Source: Chrysomallon squamiferum (Eukaryota; Animalia; Mollusca). From it: 64,000 nucleotides of DNA. Where the stretch lies: positions 12,524,001-12,588,000 of the forward strand of contig CM022675.1 of the NCBI GenBank assembly GCA_012295275.1, read 5' to 3'. A program made the translations under genes and the position numbers. Shown in pieces: positions 43,512 through 58,560 of the stretch; position 1 is the stretch's first letter; the number at the start of each line of letters is the position of its first letter. The notes under the pieces were generated by a model. It was not told the DNA's origin, made no database searches, and saw nothing but the letters and a program-made list of their open reading frames with translations.

Positions 43512-44651
43512 TGTTTTTTAAAGTCATTTTATCATGGGTCAGAATGAGATCAACGACTTCTGCTAGAATATATCTTTTTTTTATTTAATTTTATTTTGGA
43601 GGGTGGATAACATAATACATTGTTAGAAATTTACAAATAATACAAAATATGGTAGAAAGTTATAAAATTATTGTAAATACATCAGAAATAAATGTGTTTG
43701 CTAACACTTCAAAGCAAAAAAACAGTTGTATCTTGTATCTGAAAACGAGAGAAAAAAGAAAGAAAGAAAGATATAAAATTAAATTAAGAAATAAAAAATA
43801 AACCATAAAAATATTAATAACACTGACATTAAATTAATTCTGACAAATTGTCTTGATAGAAGATGTAATTAATTAATGTTAAATTAATTATAAAATTAAC
43901 CCAGTAATAAACACATTGAATATGTACAAACAAATTAACAAAGATCTTAATAGGTTTAATTAATAATATATGCTGGACCGTAATATCTTTAACTAACTTC
44001 ATATGGACCCAAAGATGTATGAGGAATTTAACTCTTGAGCTAGGTTGTGGTTCAGAAAAAAAACTCAAATAAACAGACAAAAAAAAAAAATTAAGACTCT
44101 AGATTTATCAAAATTACATCTTGACCTTACCCACACTGTTATGTAACATATCACTGTTATATCGCCTTAAAGGATATCTCTCTTGTGTTTCACGCTGCCA
44201 GGAATCGTGGTATCGGCATTTCCCTCTGGTTACACTGAACAAGTGTTCCTATTAGTCAGATCTGCTGTGTAACTCTCACAATGAACTGCCTTCACTTTCC
44301 TTCTTGTGCTGTTTCGGCATATTTTCTTGGCATTTGCAGTGTTTTTCATTCACTCTCTGCGTAATTTAGTTTCTGAGGTTTTTTTTCATATCCCTGCACT
44401 CGACAGCTTAAAGTCAACATTCTGAAAGCAAGCTGAGGATTCTAGAGTAGCTATAACAATGTGCTGAGGTCTCTGATCTCTCAGAGGAAAGCTCAAAGTG
44501 CATTTGGTGCTACAAGCAATGACCTGGCCAATTTCCTAACTCTTCATAATACTAAATATAATATAAAAACTACTGCTACAACTACTACTACTTCTACTAT
44601 TACTAGTAGTACTATTATTACTATGAGTATTACTACTATAATTGCCACTGT

Positions 44652-44714
<63 letters not shown>

Positions 44715-45647
44715 CACTACTGCTACTACTGCTGCTACAAGTATTAAAGCAAAAAGTGGCAAGCTATTGTTGGATAAAATACATTTAAAGTATACTGAAT
44801 AAATATCTAATTTAAAATCATCACAGTATTCAAACTGACTAAATTTTAATAAATAAATAAAAAGGAACATACAACTTAAATAATGTAAATAAAAATATGT
44901 TTAAATATATCAAAAGACATTTCACTTTATAAAATAAAACTATATAAAAAAAAAAGATAAATAAAATGTAAATAAAAAGTTAAATAAGAGAAACAAAATA
45001 AAAATATAAAAATATTTATGTAATAGAAATATAAAATAATACAAAATAAAACCCTGAACTATTGCTACATTTGAATTCTGGCAACATCACTGAGAAATAT
45101 TTCAGTTACGCATCTGTGAATATTGATTACAAATATTACGAGGTCAAATATGAAGTGTCTATATTAAATTTCAAATATTTCTCAGTTAAAACTCAGACCT
45201 GACATTATCCAGTTTCACTGGAAACTCTTCCAAACCTTTGTTGGCAAATGTTGTTTAGAAAACAGAACTGTAAAGAAAACAATGATGGGAGGTTTGGATA
45301 CATACTATTAATAAATACGGGAGTTATCCAGGGAAGGTAAGATATTAATCTTATTACACAGGTACAGGTGAAATATCAGTCTATCCACTCTCACTGGATT
45401 CAGACAGATATGTTGACTATACGCACTTCACTGACCTCACACTGATAATTCTGAGTAAAAATAAACTTTATAAATTTTCCATCTTGTCTTCCCTCTGAAA
45501 ATGTTGTTGGCATTTTTAGATATTCAGTGAAAAAACAAATTAAAAATGAATAAAATTAGAAATCTTTTATCTTTGTTTTACTTATTAATTATAATTTTTG
45601 TATTTTAATTTTTTTATTATTATTATTATTATTATTATAATTATTAA

Positions 45648-45690
<43 letters not shown>

Positions 45691-46335
45691 TTAAATTATT
45701 ATAGTCATTTTTTAATTTGTTTTTTAATTTTTATTGTTTATTAAAATAATTATTTTTAATCCTACCAATTAATATAAAGAAATAAATTACAAATAAATTT
45801 CATGAAAATTTATAATTAATTAAAAATTATCAAGATTCTTAAGGAAAAAGACAAGTGTTATTTAAATCTATGATGTATGTAATTTATTAAACAGCTGAGA
45901 TAAACATGAAGACTATATTTACACAAAACTGTGACTGCTGTAAAGAATATATTAGCAAGAAAAAAATTATGAAACAAACTTAGAACTTTATATCTAAATA
46001 ATTTATTAACAAAATTAAAGGTTCTTTCTACTAAATAAACTGCACAAAAGTAATAAATATATTTTCAAAATTAACTTTCTCCTTTGCAGTTAATAAATAT
46101 GTTGTAATGTATCTCCATAAATATGCATCAGGAAGATATTTTTTTAGTTATTTTATTGATTTTATTACTTTTTAATCTTTTTAGCAGTAAATCCTTTAAC
46201 AGGTGTTTGATGTAGAAAATGTTATAGACTGGGTCTCAGTGGATTGTGTTTAAACAGAAACCAGTCTTAAATGACTATTATTTATTTTAGCAACAGTTAT
46301 AGAAGTTTTGTTTTAATTTCAAAAAAAAAAAAAAA

Positions 46336-46378
<43 letters not shown>

Positions 46379-47106
46379 TTAATAATAATAATCAAATTTA
46401 TAAAATTATAAACAAGTAAAATATAATAATAGTAAAATGAATTGAAAAAACCAAAAATAAAAAAAAATAATAATAAAATAGTAAGAAAAAAAAAATAATA
46501 ACAATAATAAAATAGTAAAAATATAATGAAATAGTACAACAGAAAATTACAAAAAATTGTAAAAAATGAAAATCAAATATAAAATAAAGTAATAATAATA
46601 AAATAGAAAAAATATAATAATAAAATATAATAGTAAATAAAAATAGTAATAAACTTAAATAAAATAAAATAAAATAAAATAAAACAAATGATAAAAAAAT
46701 AATAAAACAGATAAAAAAAAAAAATAAAATTTAAAAAAAAAAAATAATAATAAAAAAATAAAAAAAAAAAAATGTTAATAAATTATTAAAACAAAAAGAA
46801 AAAGATAAAAAGACCTAAAAAACTGAAAAATTGTCCAAATAGTTATTTAGATTACACGAGGGCAAAGCAGGACATCAAAGTAGAGTGTTTTTTATTTAAT
46901 TACGGATCTTGTGAAAGTGTAAAATGAGATTTTTTGCTGTCTGTATTTTAATCCTTTGCTCTTTTCACACCTATAAAAGTTCAGAATGGAGTTAATTAGT
47001 AACATGGCTGTACTATTAAACTTGTTCTTGGAGTTAATTGTCGTATTAAGAAAGCTACATAAATATCTCACACTCCTGCAGTCTCATGCACAGAAGCTGA
47101 TTTTAT

Positions 47107-47157
47107 CAGTGGTTAAAGCCTGGACCTGAAGTGCAACAGGTTCTAGGTTCAGTTCTC
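47107..47157 (+). mobile_element. Possible degenerate tRNA-derived SINE head
   Basis: A-box-like cagtggttaaag and B-box-like ggttcagttctc about 40 nt apart. No cloverleaf. Confidence 0.35.
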
Positions 47158-47311
47158 ATATAAAAAAAAAATTAAAAATTTAATTTTTTATTTTCCATTC
47201 TATCCAGTTCTGTTGAAAAATATCTTGCTGCTAATCATATTTAGCCACTGAATGTTATAAAAAATTTTTAGTTATTTATTTATTTATTAATTTTTTAGCC
47301 ATTGAATTATG

Positions 47312-47343
<32 letters not shown>

Positions 47344-47548
47344 ATATTTTGACTACCAGTGTTATTTTTGTCACAAAAAAAATCATTCACTTTAATATAT
47401 TATTATTGTTAGTTTATTTATTTATTTACTTATTTATTTATTTATTTATTTATTTATCCATTAATTTATATATTTATTTATTAATTTATATATTTGCTAA
47501 TTTAATTATTTAATTTTTATTTATATATTTGCTAATTTATTTATTTAA

Positions 47549-47869
<321 letters not shown>

Positions 47870-50800
47870 TAATTTTTACTATTATTCTTTAGTATCTCAG
47901 AATTCAGTTTATCTTCAAATTATATTACATTTTAATGTTATACTATATTTTTATATCTATATCTGCTAAAATTATAATATGTTTTAATGTTATATTTTAT
48001 TTTAATATTATCTTATATCCAGTGAAATTATAGTATGTTCTTATTTTAGATACTTTAATTTAATATGTGTATCTTATTTATATTTTATTTTAGCATGCAT
48101 ATTTTATATCTGTTGAAATTATAAAGTCTTAATATTATACTTTTATTATATATATATTTTTGAGTCTATTACAATAAAAAATATATCTATTGAAACTATA
48201 ATACATTTATATATTATATTTTATTCTAATATATCCTGAAATCATGAAACTGAAATCAGAAAAGGTACAAAATAGACACATTTGTTGTATCATGTTGGAT
48301 GTTTGTGTTCCTTGATACTTGAATTGTATCACTGGAGAAAACATAAAACTTTGTTTATTTCAAAATGCATCAACTGAACGTGTGAACAAGAAGTTACAAA
48401 GAAATGGATTTTAAAATGGATGGTTAGAATCTCTGAAATAAAATAACTGAAAAATGGACTGGCTGAAATGACAGATGTAAAGTAACTGAAATAATGTCAG
48501 TAAAATAAATAAAAAAAAAAAAAAAAAAAAAAAAAAAAGAAAATGAAATCAAATAAATGAAATGGAAATATCAAAATCATTGTAAAAATGCAACAAAACT
48601 TTAAGGAATTAAATTTTTCTGAAAGTCTCAAAAACAACAACAACAGAAAAAAAAAAGAAGTAATAAAGCAAAAAAAACAAACCAAAAACAACAAATTGAA
48701 ATCCCACCATAACAAAAATGAAATCACAAAATGGAGAGAAAACTGAAATCACATTAGTGAAATATATCATCATCTTTATTTAGGCACAGTGAGCTGATTC
48801 ACATGGTTTGGTGATAAATAAAAACAAAACTAACAACAACAAAAAAAAAAAAAAAAAAAAAAGAGAGAGAAAAATGTTTTTCAGGTTGTAACTTAATTAA
48901 ATATTAATTTTAAAATACTTTGTTCTGGTACATTGAAATACCAAAAAATATCTGTGAAATTCTAGAAAACTTACCTGTGAAGATAAAATTTCACCTTGTT
49001 GCTATGGCATCAGATATGCAACAGTTGTTCTTTAATGGGTGTTTTTTTTTATTATTATCACACACACACACACACACACACACGTATACACATATACATT
49101 CATACCACTTTTTAATTTTGTTTTTATATTTTCACTTTTATTTTTGAGAAAGAAACAAAATAATAATTTGCGTGTCCCTCCTAAACAAACTAACAAAAAA
49201 TCCTTTACATTCTAGCCAATGAAGGAACCAGTGAGGATAAGTTATTCCTTGTTGCTATGGATACATACATACATTTCAGTTTTATTTTGTTATTTTAATC
49301 TTCATTTAACATAATGTTTTGACATTTTCAAATTTTTGTTTACAACAAAATAACCCAAACAAAATAATAATACACTTGCCCATCAAAAAAAAATTAGCAA
49401 CAACAACAACATAATAATAATAATAATAAAAATGAACTAATTATCCTTGAAATTCTGACAATATTAACAAAACCAATGAAAATAAATCATATCTTGTTAC
49501 TATGACTACAGATGCAGATTTTTTTTGTTTTTGTTGTGTTTTGGTGTGTGCAGTCTTGAATCAACTGTGCTGCTGAATTTATGTGAAAGTAATAGCTCTG
49601 TGTTACCCTTGGCAATTAGTCCCGTGAAAAATGGCTGCCGTTGAAGTGTTTACCTGGTTTGTCAGTGCACCTCTGCTAAACGACTTAACTAAGTCACGGG
49701 TCGCGACTGAGTTCAGCTGCAAGTTACGAAAGCAAGAAGTCGTGAAGGTGTGTGTTTTTCTGATTGCTGCCAGTTCCCTGCACACCCCATTCCTCAGTGG
49801 GTGGGGTAACTAAACAGAAATAATTACATAAGAAAGTTTGAAAATTCTTCTTCTTAATAAAATGAAATAGGAATAATTATATAAGCAAGTTAAGAAATTA
49901 TTCTTCATAATAAAAAAGAAAATGTAAATAATTATATAAGGAAATTCATAAATTATGTTTTGTAATAAAACAGAACAGAAATAACTCAGTCTAAATGTTA
50001 AAGTGAAAAAACAAATTCTTCATAGTAAAAAGAAATTAGTAATTATGTATACAAATTTATAAATCTGAAATAATTTCATAAGCAAGTTAAAGAATTATTG
50101 TTCTTATAGAAACAATAATATTTGAAAATTCATAAATTATCTTTCATCATAAAACAGATAGAACTATAATGTGCAAAGTACATGATAATAGGAAAACAGA
50201 AAGAACATATTCAAATACAAAAGTTATTCTTTATAATAAACTGAAAAACAAATATATAAAAAAATATTATAAGTAATTAAAGAATTATTCTTCATTAAAA
50301 ATAAGAAAAGAAAATGGATTACATATATCTTTTATAATAAAAGGAAAAGAAAAATAACAAAATGAAAACTTAAGAATTATTCTTTATAACAAAAATAAAA
50401 CTGAAGCTATATAAGCAGTTTAAAGAAATGTACTGCATAACAGTAAGAAAACAGAAATAATTAGTAAGCAAAGTAAAAAGTTGTTGTTCGTAATAAACGA
50501 AATCAGACAAATTACATAAGCAAATTTAACAATTATCCTTCATAATGTTTCTCATTACTTCTGCTCTTCTCAGTCTCATTTCTGATTGGTTGAATTATGT
50601 AATATTTACCTGAAAGCAAATTCTAATATTTATTTTGGCAAATAGAAAACACTTGCACACTATCTATTACTGGTGTAAGTGAACTTATATCAGGTAGCAA
50701 CAGCTGAAGTTTAAGTTAAAAACAGTCTGTTGATATAACATTTGATTTTCAGTGTGTTAAAATTGTTGCAGTTCTGTTTACGATAAAATTTCTGTGTTGT

Positions 50801-51205
50801 TAAAATAGTTGAATATGTCTTTAACTGTCTTTGAGGATGTCATTTTCTGAAGAGATTTAATTTTCAAAATGTTAAAATTGTTAAAGGAGTCATTAACAGT
50901 CTGTAGGATTATATTTCTGTAAAATTTAATTTTCTTTAAATATCTGTCTAGATTTAAAAATTCCTAGATACATTTGTACAAAATTTAAAAATTTTGCCAC
51001 CAAATTGAAATACCCAGCCTGGCAATGAGAAAGTTAATTTCAAAGTCTTCTAATTGTTTTATCAGAAGAGAAATTCAAAAGTATAATTCTTAGGTAATGG
51101 CATGAAGGAATTTTATAAATTTTGTAGGGTAAAGTTATTCGTGAACAGTTATATGAGGAATTTTTTCAAGACAATTTTAAAGTTTTTTAAATTTAGAAAA
51201 AGAAC

Positions 51206-51239
<34 letters not shown>

Positions 51240-52035
51240 TGTGTGTGTGTGTGTCTGTGTCTGTGTGTGTGTGTGTCTGTGTGTGTGTTTGTGTGTGTGT
51301 ATTTGAAAAATATTCTCAGTATAAGGACCAGCAGCACAGAAAGAATGTTTTTCACCTGTCAGCCAGGTAGAAACAGGTGTGCAGTTCAGGGTTTTGGCTC
51401 AGAGTCAGTTGATCAAATCTTCAAGCAGTCACCCAGGGGGAACATAAAAACACACAACTTGAAGCTGCTTTTCAAGATTAGCTAATTCTGGAAACTTTTT
51501 ATCATTTGTACCTGTATCTTTCAACCATAGCATACCTGTCTATTGTAAAACACCTTCATTGCATCATTGTTTTACATTGTTTTACACAGCAGATGTGTTA
51601 CATATTAGTTATTTATGTATCAATTTGTAAAATAGGTTTATCTGTTTTGTAACTCAGTTACACACATTATGTATTATACATATTGTACATATTATACATA
51701 TAATACCATTGTTATCCACATACATGTGTTAAAACACACTTCATATACACACATGTATGAATGTAATACCATTCTTATCTTCACTGTGGAAAAATTATTA
51801 GAATTCAAAGATAGATAACTCTATCTTGAAGCAGATTGTTTCTGTAACAACTGTTCATTATAACGGAGCTTATCTTAAAGAAACTAAACTTTGAAATTGT
51901 TTTCTTTTAGCAGATTGTTTTTATAACAATTACAACTTAATGGCACCCTCACACTGATTAATTTGAAGAAACTAAAACTAGGCAGTTATATTTTACTACA
52001 AACTAATGTTTAATAACAAAGTCAACAGTGATAGA

Positions 52036-52086
<51 letters not shown>

Positions 52087-52608
52087 TTTATTATATTTAT
52101 TATTATTATTATTATTTTATTTATTATTATTATTATTATTATTATATTATTAGGGATTTATTATTATTTTATTTATTTATTTATTTGTTGTTGTTGTTTG
52201 TTATTATTTATTTGTTTGTTACTTTATTGAATTTTTTAAAATTTTAGTTGAAATTGTGGATCTATCCTTCCTTGTTCTCTGACTGATTACTGATCTTTGA
52301 TCTGCACCTGGAAGTAATCTGTTTTGACAGTTAATCTCCTGATTAAATATTTTTTATTAGCAAACTGAAATAATTGAAAATATCTTTGTCTTGTGTAAAC
52401 TGCAATAAGAAATTGTAGTCAGCTTTTCTTTTTTTTTTTTTTTTTTTCAGCTGTGATGTCAATAGAAAAGTAACAATAATTTTGTTTCCTTTTTCTTTTT
52501 CATTTCTTTATTTATTTCAGAAACTTTCCCAGACTTGTAGATCATGGTTCAGCACCTCTTACAAACATTTATCTTTTTTTCAGTTCCTTTCAGCGTCTAC
52601 AAATAGCT

Positions 52609-52730
52609 GACCAATCAGCTACGGATTTACATCCTCACTGACCAATCAAAGTGGGCGTAGTTTCCACTCTAACCAATGAAAGTGGGCCTAGCATTCCACT
52701 CTCCCGACCAATGAGAGTGGGCCTAGCTTT
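52609..52730 (+). promoter_or_regulatory. Four NF-Y-consensus CCAAT boxes in a 31-35-bp degenerate repeat
   Basis: CCAAT at 52611, 52642, 52673 and 52708, each in RRCCAATSR context. Three are followed by agtgggc. Confidence 0.55.
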
Positions 52731-52791
52731 CTTTCTTATCTGCCCTTGTATACCTCTGTCTTAACCATTTTCTCTCTCCTTTCCTTCGCAG

Positions 52792-52914
52792 TCCCCACCC
52801 AAGGGTGCCAATATTCCCTACCGTCCAAAACCTGTAGTTTCGCCCGTCATCTTTGCTGGGGGTCAGGCGTACACAGTCCCGAACCAGATGGCAGCACCAG
52901 TTCCTAGTCCGGAA
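52792..52914 (+). CDS. PCBP: PCBP coding exon 7 (SPPKGANIPYRPKPVVSPVIFAGGQAYTVPNQMAAPVPSPE), KH2-KH3 linker
   Basis: C-rich tract then cgcag| acceptor, GAA|gtgagt donor, 123 nt. SPPKGATIPYRPKP...PVIFAGGQAY is the PCBP2/3 linker motif. Confidence 0.95.
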
Positions 52915-54430
52915 GTGAGTTTTTAACCTTTACGTTAACCCTTTGACAGCTAGCTTTTTAAAAAAAAAAAAGTTTAACATATTAACCCCTTCACAACTAA
53001 GTTTATTATTAAAAAAACATTTATGATCTATACATTAACTCTTTCACCAGTGAGTTCATTAACAAAACATTTTTATCATATTTTAACCCCTTTCAAAGCT
53101 AAGTTGATTAAAATGTTACCAATGTTAACACTTTTGCAGCAGTGTTTGTGTTTTTTTTTTTTTTTAAAGTTAACATAAATTTAACAAACTTGCAATTTTA
53201 TAATTACTGCTTTTATAGTCTTAACATTAACCCAACTAAAGGTTATAAAATTTATTATTTTTAAAAATTCAATTTTGAATCTTAAATTATTAAAAGCTGG
53301 TGTTTCATAATTAAAACCCATCTATCTTAGGTATTATTCATCTATTATGGAATATTATTAACACCTTTATAAGCAGTTTCTTTTTGAAAACAAATATCAT
53401 CTGTAATCATATAACTCACCATTTAGATAATTATTTTTATATCACTATTTTTGCTTTGATATGTCACTATATTTTTTTAATTTTTTTTTTTACTATGAAA
53501 AATGAAACTTTTTTAATGTAGTAAAAAAACTCCTTATAATGTTCATATTTGCATTTTTACATGTTTTCTTTTCTTCTGTTTAAGAAAAATCTTGATTTAT
53601 AATGATAATTCGACCTAATATTTTTATATTTCTTTTCCGCTGTTTAATAATTTTAACTATATTTGAATAATTAATAATAAAATAGTTTGTTGTAATTTCA
53701 TATGCAGATTAAAAAAATCAGTTTGTAAAAAGTTCTACAATGGATTATAAAATTTTAACTAAGAATAAAGATAAGAAAGATGCTAAATTTTTACTAAAAA
53801 CAAAATGTTTATGAAATAGAAAGATTTGTATCTGACACTTGGGAGTCCAGAATTTCAAAATTTTAGCCATTAAAAACTGACTTTATATATATTAGTTATT
53901 AATAATGGTATTATGTTTTACTGATTTTTATAAAAATATGTATTTGTAAATATATAAAAGGAAGAAAATAGAATAAAAAAAAAAAAAATAAAAAATAAAA
54001 TACAACAAGGACAAAATACAAAAAAAAAAAAAACAACAAAAAAAATCTTCAATGAATAAATAAATTAAATTGAAATCAGTTAATATTTATAGATTTTAAA
54101 AGTCTGAATGCTTAGTCATTGGAAATTGAACTGAAAACTTAACATTACAAAAAGAATTTAAGAAATCTAAAAAATCATTAAAATTAAAATGTTTAACTAC
54201 ACATAACTATTACTATCAATATAATTAAATAAAATTTAAAAATCAAAAGTTCTAAACATCAGAAATTGACTTGAAAATTTAGGTTTAAAAATTTAAAAGT
54301 AAAAACATTTAGTAAATGAAACTAAAAGTTTTAGATTTGAACTGCTGAGGTTTATTTGAAAGTTTCTCATGTGACAAGTTTTGTTTGATTTAAGTGCCCT
54401 CCATTATCGAGAGGAAACTGTCGTCCCCAG

Positions 54431-54744
54431 GTAACTTGTAGTTAGATTTGTAGTTAGAATGTTAGCTAGCACCTAGTTGTTCTTACAAACACCAGACAGA
54501 GAACTAGTACAGTACCACTTTGTAACTTGTAGTTAGATTGTTAGCTAGTCGTTTTACAAACACCAGACAGAGAACAAGTACTGTATGGTACAGTACCATT
54601 ATGTAACTTGTAGTTAGATTTCTAGTTAGATTTCTAGTTAGACTTCTAGTTAGATTTCTAGTTAGATTTCTAGTTAGAATGTTAGCTAGCACCTAGTCAT
54701 TTTTACAAACACCAGACAGAGAACAAGTACAGTACCACTTTGTA
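54431..54744. repeat. ~90-bp triplication with internal 12-bp expansion (tagttagatttc)
   Basis: ttacaaacaccagacagagaac occurs three times. Confidence 0.9.
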
Positions 54745-54959
54745 TCTAGTGTATCCTTATTTTCTAGCTCTTTAGTTAGCAGGACTTTCTGTCAGTATAT
54801 TTAAATAAACAGCATGGGAGGCACCTAGTTTTGTAATAAAACATTTCCTTTGAATTATAACTGTACCACTTTTAAAATAAATTATCCTTATTTTTAGCTT
54901 TAGATATTTTTTATTTATTTATTTATTTTTTTTATTTGAATTTATTTATTTAAAAAAAT

Positions 54960-55010
<51 letters not shown>

Positions 55011-55220
55011 TTATTATTATTATTATTACTATTATTGTTATTATTATAATGTATTGGCTTATGACATTAATATTTTACTAATTCATTATTACTAATATTA
55101 TATTTAGATAGTAACTAACTTCACAACTACATCATTCATTTTTTATATTACACCAGACATACTCAGGTTATTTAGGTTTTTTGTTTTGATCAACTCTTTT
55201 TTATTTATTAATTACTATTA

Positions 55221-55294
<74 letters not shown>

Positions 55295-56065
55295 TACTAC
55301 TATTATTATTGTTGTTATTGTTATTGTTATTATTAAATTAAAAGACATTATGTAACATTTAGAAAAAGCGTGAAAATGTTTTTGTTCTATTAGTTTGCTT
55401 TTTAGAATTTTTAGATTTATTTTGCTGATTTGCTTCATAATTAAGTTTTTAGTCACAACATTTAGCTTGTGTTTCTAGTTTAGCTAGCTTGCCTCACCGC
55501 TGAAAAGGTAATTTTTCAAATGTAGTAACGTACAATAACAGCTTATAAAAACAACTCAGTCTTTATAGAATTTTCATCATAATTGCTTCTTTCAAAAAAT
55601 TCCATTAACTCAGTTGCTGTTGACAATTTACTTATGTCTGTAAATAAAAAAAAATAAAAAATTAATTTATTGAAAAATGTGTGAAACATTAATTACTACA
55701 TTTTGTTCTGCATCTGTTTTATTTTCTCAAACAAAAGCTAAATTATATTAATAAACAAAAGTATTAACTGATATTTTGATTGAAAAGAGTAAAGCTCTTG
55801 ATATTTGATGAGTAACAATAAAAATTTTAAATTTGGTGATTATGCTTCAAAACAATATATTTAAATTGAACTTTATCAGCCAAAGGTTATGCAAAAAATT
55901 ATTGCATTAAGTAATAAAATGATATAAATGGTAGTGTTTCATAAAAAATGAATAACAGTATTTTTATTCTTATTTCATAATTTTTGTTAGTAGACTTTGA
56001 TAATTACCAGACTGTTCTATCAATGGAAAAAAAAAAAAAAACATTTTGTCAGTGTCCTTAGAAAA

Positions 56066-57156
<1,091 letters not shown>

Positions 57157-57276
57157 TATATATTATATATATTAATAAAACTGATCGTGTGTAAAATGTT
57201 GAAGGAGGAAGGTGTCAAACTTTGTTGTACAGATGCTAAAAACGTTCATCATCGGCAGCTTTTTCATTCCATACAG

Positions 57277-57367
57277 ATGAACAAAATTCCATTTCCCGTG
57301 GCCCACGCCCTGCCCATGATCCCCACCGCTCAGACCGTGCTGCCCGGGGGTGTAGTACCTATGAATG
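57277..57367 (+). CDS. PCBP: PCBP coding exon 8 (MNKIPFPVAHALPMIPTAQTVLPGGVVPMN+G), variable linker
   Basis: ctttttcattccatacag| acceptor, G|gtaaga donor. GC-rich open frame; phases 0 and 1 fit both neighbouring exons. Little family motif support. Confidence 0.8.
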
Positions 57368-58412
57368 GTAAGACAGAACAGTTCAGCTGCTATGATCCTC
57401 AGTGGCAGATCCAGGGGGTACAAGCCTCACCTTTTGGTCAGTTTCGTATACAGTATGTGCTATAGTGAAAAATTTAAACAGAAATAAAATGTTTTAATTT
57501 TTATAAATTTTTTAATTTTTATAAATTTATTAGATAATATTTAGAAAAATTTGGTTAATTTTTTATGCAGTATGTTCTGTAGTTAAAAATGTAAGCACGA
57601 TAAAATGTTATTCTTTTAAATTTTATGAATTTTTAAAAAAATATGTATAATGTCTGCATAAAAGTTAGAATATATTTAGGAAAATTTGGCTTATTTTTAA
57701 CATTATATAACAGAATATACAATTTATATACAATTAAAAAGTTATCAAACATAATTATTGTTAACAGATTTAGCTAAATTTTTCATTTAATGATGGGTTT
57801 AGTTTTTTTATTTATATTCAACAAAAAATGTTTAACAAGCACATACAGAAGCAAATTATCTTAACAGACTGTGCCACTGATAAAACCTGCACTGTTTCTG
57901 ATATTTGTAAAAATCTGGTGTGTTTTAAAGTTTTACTGTAGAAATCTGTAGTTTAGATTGTAGCTTAATGTAAACACAGTTATTAAGTTTGATTTTTTTT
58001 TTTCTAATTTAAGTTTTAAAGTTTTGAATTTTCATTAGTTACATAGTTTAAGAATTCTTGAATGTAACATTTTAAATTTTGTATTAATATTATTTGTTAC
58101 ACTGCTTGAAAAGGCTGAGATAAGGACAGAAATTAAATAAATTAAGATGTTAATTTTGTATTTGTCTTTAATTTGTTTCATGAAAAGATAAAAGAAAAAA
58201 AAAGCAAATATAAATAATGATAATTATAAATAAACGATATTAAAAAAATAATAATTAATAAACAAATTAAAAAATGTCACTTATCAACGTTTTCTCAAGC
58301 AGGGTACCATGTTTGATTATGCTGCACTATGAGTTTGTTTGAGATGCCACAATGGTTTTTATTCTGTTTTTGTATTTTTTAGAAACTTTTATTGTCCCTT
58401 CTGATTTACCAG

Positions 58413-58560
58413 GTTTCTCTACTCTTCACTTTCCTCGGCCCAACAACCCCGCAGCAATAACCCAAGTTCCAAACAGCCAGCAGACGCACGAGATCACCGT
58501 CCCCAACGATCTGATTGGCTGCATTATTGGAAGGGGCGGGCAAAAAATAAATGAGATTAG
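58413..58560 (+). CDS. PCBP: PCBP coding exon 9 (GFSTLHFPRPNNPAAITQVPNSQQTHEITVPNDLIGCIIGRGGQKINEIR), first half of KH3; 5' boundary ambiguous (58383, 58413 or 58455)
   Basis: THEITVPNDLIGCIIGRGG is the PCBP KH3 signature. Donor ATTAG|gtgaga, phase 2. Confidence 0.92.

Noticed and set aside
57233-57276. Upstream acceptors for exon 8 (AG ending at 57232 or 57258)
   Set aside because: 57232 leads to a stop (AGA TGA). 57258 is in frame (+LFHSIQ) but has a poor pyrimidine tract. It is not excluded but is unsupported.
57400-57418. cagtggcagatccaggggg resembling a MITE or DNA-transposon terminus
   Set aside because: No matching inverted end or target-site duplication was found nearby.
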